Source: Adineta vaga
Lineage: Eukaryota; Animalia; Rotifera
Assembly (NCBI GenBank): GCA_021613535.1
Contig: CP075494.1
Coordinates: 7,688,001-7,752,000, forward strand
DNA: 64,000 nucleotides
Direction of reading: 5' to 3'
The notes below the pieces were generated by a model. The model had not been told where the DNA came from. It worked only from the letters and a program-made list of their open reading frames with translations, and made no database searches. The translations under genes were made by a program, and so were the position numbers. Within the stretch, counting starts at the first letter, position 1. Each line of letters begins with the position of its first letter. This document shows positions 40,756 to 53,501 of the stretch, piece by piece.

Positions 40756-42912
40756 TTACGTTCGACCAATTCCAAGTAATCTATATGTAGTCATATTAGG
40801 ATTTGAAAATCGTATAAGCTTTTTCGGATCACCAGTATCAATCGAGAATATAAGTGAAACTTGAAAGAGTAATGCAAATGATCCAAGTATTGTAATTGTT
40901 GAAAAAATAACAAATTGTAAACGATCAATAACTGTTGCAATCGATTTCCATTCATCACGTATTGATTCAAGAAAAGCTCGATGTGCACAATTTGAAGCAA
41001 TAAAATGAATATGACCAAGTGCCTGTCTTAAATCATGTCGTATTGCATTCAATTGATTTTGACGATGAATCGAATTTCGAGGAGTTTGATAATCTTCTTC
41101 ATTTATAAGACTAAACATTCGATGTGAAGAATATTTCGAACGTGAAATTGTTTTCATCAACATCGTTGATGTTCGACGTTTATTATTGATATAAGAAATA
41201 TTTGATGTATCAGATTCATTTCCTATTTCACGCTTCTGAGGAAAAATAAATAAATATAATTCGAAGAAAAAATGACTTTAAAGATTGAAAATTATTTACT
41301 TTCGTTTTAGATTTGGAATTTGTTTTCAACAATGTTGGATTCAATTGTTCGTCATTAATAGCTAATGACAATTCATATACCATTCGTTTTTCGCGAAGAT
41401 TTGAAGATTCTAACCAGAGATATTTCGGAAGAATATCGAGAAAAATATGTCTCAACCAAACTGGCATTGTGTCTGTCATTGATGATCGATAATAAAAATT
41501 CGTAATTATCACTGTATTAACTAAAATAAACTTGTTCAAAAATGAGAAATCTTTTCGTTTTCAATTTCATTTTCATTGCTTACAAATGACAAGAACATTT
41601 AATGCAAATGTAAATAGTAAATATTTTGCTATTAATGGAATAACAGCAGATGTTGGTGGAAGGATTTTTGTAACAAGAAGTTGAAAAAGATTCAATGCAA
41701 GAAGTATTGACATACATAGAGTCATTTTTTCACCAGCAGCAGTTGGTAAACAAAAAACAAGACATATAAGAATTGTCATGAGAAATGTTGGAACAATCAA
41801 ATTCACTGTATAATACAATGCTTTACGTCGCATTTGAATTAAAAAAACAATTTCAACATAGTCAGGTGATGAACTTGACGTATTGGAATAATAATGAACG
41901 AATTGACTCGGAATCTCAATAGAAATAGTTGAAGAAAACAATTTTTTTAAAAAACAATCATCAAAATGACTTACATTTACTACATCCCATGTTCCACTTT
42001 CCAGATAATCATCTTTATATAATTCTTGACTCGTTGCACTATAAACTTGTTGTGGTAATAATTTTGTTAATTCATTTTTTTTCTCATCATCTTCGGCATA
42101 ATGTGAAAACATAACTTCTCGTGCATTATACGTCCATGATGCGAAACGCATTTCACATTTTTGTATGTCGAATGGAAAGTATTTCACATCAATTCGACAT
42201 GAAGATTTGTAAATAGCTGGTGGTACCCAATGAACTTCACCTGTATGCATCAGAACTACTTTACATTTGAATGTAACTTCATAATTTCCATCTAATGACT
42301 TTCATAGAGAATTTAGTTTGGAGAAAAAAATCCTTCTATACCTGCATTATTTAGTAGAACAACATCCTAATAAGATATATATTTGATTCTAGCTGAAGAT
42401 CTGTCATACAATATCTTACCGGTGTCCAAACATATGATTGAGGTATATTAATTTTATCGATTCCTCCTAAATAGATTTATTTGAAATAATGAAAAAGAAA
42501 GATAGATAGATTTTTGTTCTAATCACCATATCGTTCAGGATTCCATCGAAGTTGACGATCATACCTAGAATAATACTGTTCATATTTTCTATCAGATAAT
42601 ATCAACAAACCATTTCATATGTAACCATGTATTTGTTTTCATGACTTGTTCTTTTTCAAAAACCTACGAGAGAGAGATATTCAAAAAATGTTTTCAGGAA
42701 AAACTTCAAGTGATTTTTACATGAATCAATTGAACTAATAGAAGACCAAAGGATACAATTAATGTTTCATTCGAATATTGAGTTGGTCGTATCAATGGAT
42801 TATAATCTTGTTCAGAAAATAAATAATGTATCAAACGATACTCATCGTCAGATGTTTTAATCAATGAAAATAAAACACCGATGAAAATAATCCATATTAA
42901 ATGATGATACAT
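40756..42912 (-). CDS. Nicotinic acetylcholine receptor non-alpha (beta-type) subunit
   Basis: DEYRLIHYLF...YNPLIRP, WTPDVVLLNNAD, Cys-loop CRIDVKYFPFDIQKC, SWTY, GEKMTLC (cation-selective), and M4 DRLQFVIF. No vicinal Cys in loop C and no loop A Tyr. Includes a 25-nt micro-exon. Confidence 0.92.
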
Positions 42913-43408
42913 GACAACAGATTTATTCAATAAATGAATAAATTTAGTGATAAACTATAAAATATAGATCGTGTGTCAGCTGTCATTATGATAATCATAA
43001 AATTAAGTACGATAAAAGATTCAATCGATCGATTATTACAATATAATTGTTATTATAGTGAGATTTCATATAGAAATGTAAGCTATTTCTCGTTAGAAAT
43101 GAATAACGAACGGTTTGTTTCTCCTTCTTCTAAGGACAATGGTGACAAGAAAAATGAGATAATCGAATATATGTTCGGTTCAAACAATCTGAATCGATCC
43201 GAGAGCAATGAAAAAGATACAAACGATCGATCATCGCCTGAAATAAGCATTCTCAATTATTCACCGAAAAGAAATCGAATTAACTGCATAGTTATTTACA
43301 TACAATCGGTCATTTTACAATACATATTCTCTTGTTTATCGATAATCTTTGTTTTCAATATTATGAATAAGAAGTAGTAGGCAGAAAAAGAACAAGATAT
43401 GCAAATGT

Positions 43409-44412
43409 TTAGTCTTCAAATAATTGTGTAGTATACGGTTTATTTAAACGTTGATCACGACGTTGTAATGTGTTATAATCTGGAAATGGTGTATGTATTG
43501 GTGATATTGCTCTTTTATGTTTAAGAATCGTTGGTAATGTACAATACATATTTGATAATTGTACTGGAGTTGTTCTATCATCAATTGCTAGATGTGGACG
43601 ATAGTCATAACTACCAGGAAAATGGCCATAGTCGGAAATTAATTGTTCTCGAACAGCATCTTGATCATATTTATCCATGTTGATTTGCAAATGTTTATTT
43701 GAAGGAGCTTTTTGGATGACCCATGGTGGTTGATATCGTTGTTCATTTTGATTTTTAGGAAGAAGAACTTGTGTTGATGATTGACAATGAGGACAAAAAG
43801 AACAACGACCAACTATTTCAGGAAGCTTTCTTGGAGTTTGTTCATCTTCAGATGAAGAAGAAAACTTTTGAACGTGATTCTTTGCCAGTGTAGAATCGTG
43901 TCGGGAAGATTTGTTTGAAGTAGAATCATGTATGGATGATTTGTTTGAAGTAGAACCTCCCGTATTTGATCTTGTCTTGCTCTTCATTTCTAAATCTTTA
44001 TTACTGTGTATGCCATCATTAGCTTGTGAACTTGCTATAATTTCAATATCGATATTAATGATTGTTTTTCAAAAATCTTTTTGATATACGTACGTGCGAT
44101 TGAAATTTTCGAATTCTTTCGTCCTCTACGACTGCGGTCTGTCGGACTAAGTGTACCTTGATTCTGATTTACCGATGATGTTATTATTTGTTCTGATGGT
44201 GATCTCTGTTGTAGAGTTTGAGTTAGTCGTCGATTTTGACGGTCATCATCGGCATCAGGAGACTGTCTTGATGCATCGGCCATTGATACTGTCGAACGAA
44301 TCGAATTCGTTCTATTCTCTATAGGTAACGGTTGTTGTTGTTGTTGTTCTCGCTGTTGTGAATGTTGCTTTGTAGGGTCTTTTCGTTTGTTATCAGAACA
44401 CCCACTACCCAT
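43409..44412 (-). CDS. Uncharacterised protein with N-terminal MGSGCS acylation motif (2 exons)
   Basis: Two ORFs joined in frame by a phase-1 GT-AG intron of about 55 nt. Gly2 and Ser6 fit N-myristoylation, and Cys5 could be palmitoylated. Contains a CSFCPHC motif. Confidence 0.65.
43891..43957. repeat. 30-bp coding tandem duplication (STSNKSSxHD x2)
   Basis: tagaatcgtgtcgggaagatttgtttgaag followed by tagaatcatgtatggatgatttgtttgaag and a partial third copy. Confidence 0.85.
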
Positions 44413-45312
44413 GTTTGCTTGTGAGATTTTCGAGTTAAATAGATTTCAACAAATGTGCCTGTTTTCTTAACGTTATATCAGCATACGATGAAATAGATAA
44501 GAATGAAGGTAAACGAAATATCAAATGTTTTTCTTCTCTATGGATATTACAGTTTTTGTCGTGTTTATCAATGATACATCTCTATCAGGTTTATTTTTGA
44601 ATGAGCGATTAATCTCTCTACAATTCTTATCAATAATCTATTTGATCAAATTCTTGATGAAATAATTCAAGTATGTATGATGATTTGTAATCTGGCTGAA
44701 GAAGAATTCTGACATACTCGGGAAACTACGTACAATCGATCTCATTACAGAGACTTTAATTCCAAGGAAAACTATCAAGGTCGTTCGATATGCTAATAAA
44801 TCAAGTTGAGTTTCCGAAATCTTAGAACATTTGATACTGAGCGTTGATAGAATATGATGCATTTTTCTACAACAAAATTACTAAATAACTTATATCGTTG
44901 AAGAATGATGTATTCATGATAAATATACTGTGCATCATCTAAGTTCTTTTCTAGAATCTGCACTTGACTTTAAAGTTTATCCAAGATTAAATCGATAATT
45001 GAAGGAAATAAATGCACTCATTTTGTCAATATTAATTATACCATTAGTTACTAGAACAACATTCGAATCTCGGCTTGATAATAAAAATATCAACAATACA
45101 AAATGTTCTCGTCATTGCAAGTCTGTTGACTTTCGAAAGTAAAAAGATTTTGTTCTACTTTTTAATTTCTTCGACTTGAAAGAAAGAATACTATCTCCTT
45201 CGATTACAATTGCTATTTCTTCCTAAAAATTTCGACATATGAAGCATTCAAGTATATATATATTTAACAAAACAAGTACAAGCAATTACTGTATAAAAAA
45301 AGAGCGAAAACA

Positions 45313-45973
45313 TTAACAAGTATATTTGTTTATATAGAATGCACCAAGTGTAATCATACCTAAAATTCATGGAAATATAGATTTGCTAGTACATTAATGA
45401 AATATATTTACCAATCGTGCCAAATATACTTGCAAAACGACTCACTGGATTTCGTTTTCGTGGAATTTTATACATTTTCAGACATCCATCCTATAGATGA
45501 GAAAGGAGAGCATTTTAGAACAAGAGATTATTGATAATCAAATAACTTACCCAATAGTTTTGAGTTTCAAGCCATGAACGAAGATTTGTATTTATAAAAT
45601 TCGTTGTCCAATCAATCATTGATGTAATCATTAAATTTGCTTGTTGTTGTTGTTGTTTTCCTTCTATCAAACGTTCAGTAATCATTGCTGAAAATACAAC
45701 TAATGTTATAATACGTGTCCATGAAATAATTCCATCACTAAATAATTCTTGTGCTATTTCAAAATGAGTATTTTGTAATTCATCGAAGGATATTGATGAA
45801 ACATGAAAATGAAATCTTGGTTGTTGAGAATATAATTGTCTTTCACAATCAGAAGCTATTTGACGTACTAGAGAGAATAGTTGATCATTTGTTTTCGAGT
45901 TATTTAGTAATCGATGATTGAAATAATCGGTTATCACTGCTCGTGTCGTTGCGAAATGTTCATTAGTATACAT
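45313..45973 (-). CDS. Multi-domain Bcl-2 family protein (BH4-BH3-BH1-BH2-TM; 3 exons)
   Basis: BH4-like TRAVITDYFNHRL, BH3-like LVRQIASDCE, BH1 ELFSDGIISWTRIITLVVF, BH2 WLETQNYW|DG with the characteristic intron in BH2, and tail anchor FASIFGTIGMITLGAFYINK. Confidence 0.85.
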
Positions 45974-46441
45974 CTTGTTAACTGTTATGTCTTCAAATGA
46001 ATGATCTTATATAGAGCGATTACCATGACGGTCAATGAACGAGAAGGAAAAATAATTGTTCTTTCATTTTTTTTCTTTCGTCCAAATTGTGCGTACAATA
46101 ACAATGTTCGACGGCGATTATATTCAGCTGTTTCTTCAAGCAATCAAAGTAGATAATTTGCTAGATTGCAGATACTTGACGAACGCTTTCAATGCCGCTA
46201 TCGTATAGTTGTGATAATTTGCAATGAAGAGAATGTCAAGAGGAAAAATAGCTATTTTGATTGAGTAGGTGTAATTCTCTTCGGTGGTTTATGCTTGCAT
46301 GATTGATTGAACTCGAAAGAAGAAGACGATGAGAAACGACATCGTATGCTTATTAATACCTGCTGTTTAGTTACTTATGAGTCATGATTTTGATTAATCA
46401 AATCAAACGTTGAATTGTTTCATTTCTGTTCTTCATGATCG

Positions 46442-47389
46442 ATGAATAAAGAGAAATTGAAATCTAGTCAAAATCGTTTGAAATCAACTGTTTCTGCTGA
46501 TCTTCTTGATAGGAAATCGAAAGATTGTCTATTTCAACCAATTGCATCAATCGATCAACGTAAACCACCATCACCATTTCAAACTGGTTTGAAATATTTA
46601 AAACTCTTAGGTCAGTTAAAACGTCAGAATGAAAATCAAAACAAATCGACAATTTTCGATCGACTCGAACGAACATCAGCATTTTCCACAAATTATTATG
46701 CACCATTACCGCCTCTCTCCTCTCGTTCAAGAAATAAATCAATTCAAGTTGATGATACCGATGAATTATCTTATAAATCAGCTATAACTACCATCTATTC
46801 TTCGTTTTCTTTTCATGAATTTATCTTTACTTTTATTTCAATTCTACTCTTTATGTTAATCATTTTTTATCTTCAATTAGATTCTCATCCATTACATTGT
46901 TTGTTCCATAAGAAATTCTGGTATCCAATGAATCTCTCCAATGGTTTTCCTTGTGAAAATACGAATATCAAGATTCATTATATGGAAATCTATTCGAAAT
47001 TTTATCAAATAGAAATGCAGAAAAATATTCAATCAATGAATTGTTTAGGTTTCGATATACTTTCTTGTTTACCCATTGATTATTTATCGATACCAAAAGG
47101 CCAGATCATTCGTCGAAATGATCAATTTATTCACTATTGTAAGCATACACAAAGATTCATTTGTCAAAATCAATCATTACATATTTTACCGTACGAATCA
47201 AAATGGAAATTGAAAAATGTTCATCCAACGAATCTAATTCATTGCTCATGTCTAACAAATTCAAATCAAACTGAATGTTTTCATTTTAGAATTAGTGAAC
47301 ACTGTGATCTACAGATTCCTTGGTTTGATGTTTGTCTGAAATATTCAACAACACAATCAACATGTCAAGCGTATGTGAAGAAATTCTAA
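46442..47389 (+). CDS. Intronless type II membrane protein with Cys-rich C-terminal domain, unknown family
   Basis: 315-aa ATG-initiated ORF with a basic N-terminus, one TM (FIFTFISILLFMLIIFYL) and 12 Cys after the TM. Confidence 0.65.
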   Translation: MNKEKLKSSQNRLKSTVSADLLDRKSKDCLFQPIASIDQRKPPSPFQTGLKYLKLLGQLKRQNENQNKSTIFDRLERTSAFSTNYYAPLPPLSSRSRNKSIQVDDTDELSYKSAITTIYSSFSFHEFIFTFISILLFMLIIFYLQLDSHPLHCLFHKKFWYPMNLSNGFPCENTNIKIHYMEIYSKFYQIEMQKNIQSMNCLGFDILSCLPIDYLSIPKGQIIRRNDQFIHYCKHTQRFICQNQSLHILPYESKWKLKNVHPTNLIHCSCLTNSNQTECFHFRISEHCDLQIPWFDVCLKYSTTQSTCQAYVKKF

Positions 47390-48576
47390 GTTAAACAAAA
47401 TTAACACAAACATTTAACAACATGAAAGAAAAATCATCATGAGAACATCTATTCATTGATTTGTTAGTTTATATAAAAGAAAATAGAATACATTGTTTTG
47501 TTCCATGTTAAACATGTGAAACTCTAGACCTGATATATATTTACATCAATAGCAATCTGAAATCATTTAATTTAAAAAAAAAACTTATTGTAATATCCAC
47601 GCCTGTTATAGTATGATATGTACCTTAAGGTAATGTACATATGAGAAATAAGACAACTTTTTAATAAATACCAAGGACAGTAGTGATCATAATGAATGCA
47701 GTAGAAGAATAGTGATGCCTGTCTGTAAAAATGAGCAAGTAAAATAATAGAATATTGCGTAAGCAGATAACAAGACCAAACGGAAATACAGTAGCAAAAG
47801 AAGATTGTCGTGTGTGATATATATGTATATAAATATATTCAGGAATTGATTGAAAACTTACATAAATTAACATGTGAAACATAGTTATCCGTCTAGTTTG
47901 TGTTAGTTTCTCCGCGCAAAAAAAAACATGTGTTCAACACAACATTTAAAAAGATTTTCATCTAAAGCTGCCTGAATAGTGTCAAAATCACTGAAGAAAT
48001 AGCGGACAATTATAAAGGATCGTCTCGATCGTTCTTCAGAGACTTCACTCATTCAAGAAAAAACACAATCTGTGCAAATGAGAATGACTTATAGTAAAGC
48101 TTGGCGCTCTACGTGATGGCATTGATGAAAGTACTTTGTACTTTTTCCTGTTAATAGAATTTCAGGGGTCAACTGACGTAAATAAAATGGATTTTCGATT
48201 GCTGTAATAAACCAAGATTACTCTAAGACATTAATGAGAGATGAAGTTATTATCATCAGAATAAGCATGTCATGATTTAAACTACTCGGTTTAGTTACAA
48301 GGAGTTAGTTGGTACGCATAGAATCTCGTAACAACTTTAGTGAAATTCTCATGTTAATCTGTCTGCCGTTTATTATTTTCTACCATTCACACAAATTGAT
48401 GCAAAAAAAACATACTTTTTCACTGTTGTTCGAAACACATGAGCATAAACATACATTAATGTATCACAAATATTATCGATACATATACAAAAGAAAACAT
48501 ATCAATCTGAGAAAATTGCGATCAAAATATTGGAATATGACATGGAATTTTGTAGAAAAGAGAAGAAGATTCTTGT

Positions 48577-50412
48577 TTAAAAAAGTCTTTTTTCAAACGA
48601 ATGTAAATTATGTACACCACCTTCAATTTGTGCGGATGCTGTACGTTTTTCAAGTTTAATTGTACCTGAATAAGATCCATTATGTAATTGTGAAATAGAC
48701 TGACAACCAATATCTTGAAGAGATTTTTGTATACCTGTGTATAAATAACCACCAATAAATCGATGAACACTACCCTTATCAACTACACTGCCTGAAACAC
48801 CTTGAGCAACTTTAATATGATCTGCTTCAGAATAATAACGACTTGCAGCGGATAATTCTTGACATGCATTCATAGCCTCTAAACTACCCATGCCACGATC
48901 TAATCGAAAATTGAAGAAAAAGAAAATGAACTTGTTCATGAAAAGGAAAACAAACATCTTATTATAGTCTTACATTTTTTCAAACGAACTCCATCTTGAT
49001 AATAATATTCACCAGGTGCTTCATGTGTACCAGCTAATAACGAACCCATCATTACACATGATGCTCCTAATGTTAATGCTTTCACAATATGTCCAACACA
49101 TGAAATACCACCATCAGCAATAACTGGAATATCAAATTGCCGAGCATATTCAGCTACTTTATAAACAGCTGTTGCTTGCGCTCGTCCAACAGCCATGACT
49201 TCTTGAGTAATACAAATCGATCCACTACCCATGCCAACTCGAAGAGCATCAGCACCAGCAGCAATAAGACTTTTTGCTTGTGCTTGTGTTACAACATTTC
49301 CAGCGATAACTTGTATATGTGAATGTAATTTTTTTATACGTTTAATCATATCAATTTGATAGATCGAATTGCCTTGAGAAGAATCAAGGACAATAACATC
49401 AACACCAGCTTGTACAAGTGCATCCAAACGTTTTTCATCTTCTTTTCGTGTACCTATAGCAGCTCCACATAATAATTGTCGACGACTATCTTTCGATGCA
49501 AGTGGATAATCGCGATTTTTTTCCAAATCAGTTCGAGCAATTAATGAAACAAGATTCTGATGTGAATCAATAATTGGTAATTTACCTGAAACAAAATATT
49601 TAAAATTGACATATTCTTTCATGATTTAGTCATTGAAGAAAAGAAATAATTCTTCACAAACCTTTTTTACTACGTTGTAAAATAGAATATGCATCTTTGA
49701 GTGTAAGATCATTCTTTGCTGTAATTAATTCTTCAAGTGGTGTCATTACCTGACTAACCAGTATTGTTGACCATTGTTCCTTATTTAAAAAATCAATATC
49801 ACGAAATGTAATTAAACCCAATAATTTGCTATTAATTTTGCCATTTTCCGTTACGGGAATACCTGTTGTTTTTTTTTTGAGAATGGAAAGCAAATAGTAG
49901 ATAATTACATAAATAACAAACTATTTACCGGAAAATCCATGTGTTTTTTTAATATGATAAACATCTGCAACTGTATTTGTTGGTGCGAGTATTAATGGAT
50001 CAGTAATAAAACCTTGTTCATATCGTTTGACTCGGCGAACTTCACTAACTTGATAATCAACTGAACAATTATGATGAATAATTCCAATGCCACCATTTAA
50101 TGCCATTGCAACTGTAAAACATAATTATGTAATCTCTCTATATATGTACATTGTAAAACAAATCTTACTCGCCATTGTTGATTCTGTAACAGTATCCATT
50201 GGTGTTGAAACAAATGGTGTTTTAATAGTAATTGATTTCGTAAGTTTAGATTGAAGTGAAACATTATCCGATGAAAAATCAATAAAACCAGGGAGAATAA
50301 TAAAATCATTATAAGTTAAACCGCCATTTCTTTGAAATAATTCTTTCATCGTTAAACCATCTGACATTGTTCCATCATCGTCATTAATCTTATTGTTACC
50401 ATTATAAGACAT
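48577..50412 (-). CDS. IMPDH: Inosine-5'-monophosphate dehydrogenase
   Basis: [22 protein letters not shown] pair, DSSQGNS, catalytic [30 protein letters not shown], and C-terminal FEKRLF. Five exons. Confidence 0.98.
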
Positions 50413-51843
50413 GTTGTGTTGATTCTTATTCGAAAATGAATATTCGATGAAATGATCAATGGATATATAGAAAAGAAAGAACGTGATAGAATGTTATCTT
50501 TAACATCGAGTGTGGCTCGAACTAGCTGATTATGATTGGTTACAAAGTTTCGATCACTATATGTGATGGATGAGTGAAAATGACGAGCAGAACGATCTAG
50601 GAATTACACATTCTTTTACATACATAGAATACTAATATGAATGTTTCTTTTATAAAAAAAAATGTGGTAATACTAGGTATGTTCTTATCTTACATTTTGA
50701 AGATACAACGTTTCTTTTAATAGCAGTCATAAATTAAAAGAACCGATTGTATATATCGAAGTATTTATAAAATTCAAACTCAAATTGATTTATTATACTA
50801 TGGCAATATATTGAACATAGCAAAAGACTTCTCAAGATATTCCTAAATATCTAATATAAACTTCTTTGTTTAGTTGTAACATTCATAATTATTTGAAGTA
50901 TATAAATAGAAAACGAACAAGTGATCTTTCCGGGCATTAAATCATGTGAAAGGATCATGTTACTTGTTAATATTCCAACCAATGTATATGCAATAGATAT
51001 GTCAAAGAAAAGCAGTCTTACTGTCATGTCACGTTGATTAATATTACTAATACCCGATTATTACGATCATCTAGGACACATGTATGAATTTTAAAGCAGA
51101 CATTGCGCTTAAAAAACAACGATATACATCTTTTCTATACGCTTCATTCATACATCGAATCTATAAACAAATCGAACAACAGATATTCATGTTACTCATT
51201 TGAAAAAGATATGCTGTTCATTATCTTTTAATAATGCAGGAAATTTATAATTTAGCAGGTAACAAGAGATAAAAGAAAACTATAGGACTTGAGAGTAGAA
51301 TAGCTATTCTTAGTTAAAGTGCTTCATATACTTTCCAAATCTTCTTACTATACATGTCAGTTACTTAAAAGAGCTAATTATGGATAATTGAAAAGATTGC
51401 TCGTGTAAAGAAGAACATTCCTTTTTTTATCTACGTTGATTACTATTTGTATGACATATCGTGATTATCATTTTTTTTTCTTTCTCTCCAGAGGGTCTTA
51501 TTATAATTAAAACCTACAGTATTGAAACATCAATATTTGGTTTCTTTTCTTTTATTAGTCAAATATTCTGATAATGAAGTGTTGATAGTAAGAAAAAAAA
51601 GACAAAATGATCTTGTTAATTATTTAGTTGAAGAAAGAACAGTTGGTCGATGTGTAAGACGAACTTTATTTTTCTTTCCTTCTCGTTTCTTCACTCAAAA
51701 AGAATTTTATTGGTTGTTCAATATTACCAATGATAATGTCTTTTTTTTTCAGCTCGTGTGCATCCCGATCCCGAATCGTTTTTCTTGACAGTTTATAGTT
51801 GTCATTCATTTCTGTCAGATAGATTTCTTAAAAAAAACGCAAT

Positions 51844-53501
51844 ATGCCAATTCCAATTGAGAAAATTCAAGTAGTCGAAGATGAAATGGAGAAACTTAAA
51901 CATGAAGATCATCATCATCATCATCATATGATTATTAGACCAACAACACAAGATTTTTCTTTCTTAAATAAACCTACACATGTTAAACGTTCAGTACATT
52001 ATGATATTGCACCATGTGATAATGACGAAGATCAACCATTAGGATCAATTTCAAAAACCGAACCACCATCGCTTGATAATGTTCTTCGTCGAAGATATAT
52101 TGCACATTGGGGGTTACCAGGTAAAAGCAATTGATCATATGGAAGACATATAAACTTTCTTTTTTCATTCATTATAACTAGAGTGGCTAGGTGATAATCA
52201 TTTCCTTTTACAAAAACATCGACCACCGACTAATTCGATTCGAGAATGTCTCATATCAGTTGCTTCAATTCATAGTGAAACAGTTAATATATGGACACAT
52301 TTAATCGGTGCATTATGTGTTGCTGTAACATTTGCACTTTTTTTTATTGAAAATCATCGTCAAATGGATTTTAGTGATATCATATCATTCAGCGTTTTCT
52401 TTATATCAGCAATATTATGTTTGACATTTTCAACTTTATTACATATATTTATTAACTATTCTCCACGTGTGTTAGTAATTGTTTCCAAACTTGATTATAT
52501 GGGTAAGCAAAGCGTATCAAAATTAGAAACAATTCTTTTTGTTAGAGAAAAAAATATTAGTGCAAAAGCGAAGCTATTGAAGCATATAGACCTTGATAAA
52601 GACTTATTTCCGGTGTTTTTCTTTTGGAAAATCTCCGAAATTGACGACATCAATTAAGAATCGAGCTTATTTCTTTTTATTCTACTAGTTTAATTTCCTG
52701 AAGAGTTTTTTTGTTCATTGAAAAAAGAAAAGATGAATGAATATCGTTCTTAAAACAAACTTATTTGTCGTCTTCATTCCTTAGGCGACGACTTTCCTCG
52801 AATAATAATCAATGATAAGATACATGCATATATATATATATATGATCTTCATCGAACATTTTTCTAGGCATTAATATTTTAATATTTGGTTCAATGGTTC
52901 CTGTAATACATTATTTATTTTATTGTTCTTTCCAATTGAAAACTATCTATATAAGTGTACTTCTGGTGCTTTCAATTGCTTCAATGATTGGAACAAGTAG
53001 TGCTGCTTGTTCACAACCACGTTGTCGTCCATTTAAAGCGGTTCTTTTCATAGTACTTGGGCTTTATGGTAATACTCAAATATATGTTAAATTTGCTGAC
53101 TTCTTGTTTCCATTAGGAGCAGCACCAGCCACACATGCTTGTATTCTTTATGGTTTACCACGAATGTTTGACATGGGCTTTTTATATTTATGTATTATGG
53201 CTGTAACTTACATTGGCGGTGGTGTAGCCTATGCTGTTCGAATACCAGAACGATTTTTTCCTGGTATAGAAAAATCAATTAAAATATCTATCACTCATAA
53301 AGAATGATTGTTTTTTTCTAAATAGGTCGTTTTGATATTGTCGGTCAAAGTCATCAGATTTTACATGTTGCCGTCATTGCAGCTGTTTACTTACATTTTT
53401 ATGGTATTTCATGTTTATTTCATTATGTCATTCGTACAGAGCAATGTCTAATGCCAATTAAATTACAACTTGGTATTACAGATTTAACAATTTCAACTTA
53501 A
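51844..53501 (+). CDS. ADIPOR: Adiponectin receptor / PAQR class I
   Basis: HWGLPEWLGDN, HSETVNIWTH, FSTLLH, SKLDYMGI, RIPERFFPGRFDIVGQSHQILH. The Zn-binding histidines are retained. Confidence 0.93.

Noticed and set aside
42973-43377. 134-aa plus-strand ORF with a hydrophobic C-terminus
   Set aside because: GTG start, located in the probable 3' UTR/promoter of flanking minus-strand genes, and no recognisable family. It cannot be supported without expression data.
44638-44862. 74-aa ORF or decayed coding-like tract
   Set aside because: No motif recognised on either strand.
47928-48130. Stop-riddled frame containing MTYSKAWRS, reminiscent of MULE transposases
   Set aside because: A single short motif with no DDE residues or termini. 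A chance match is likely.
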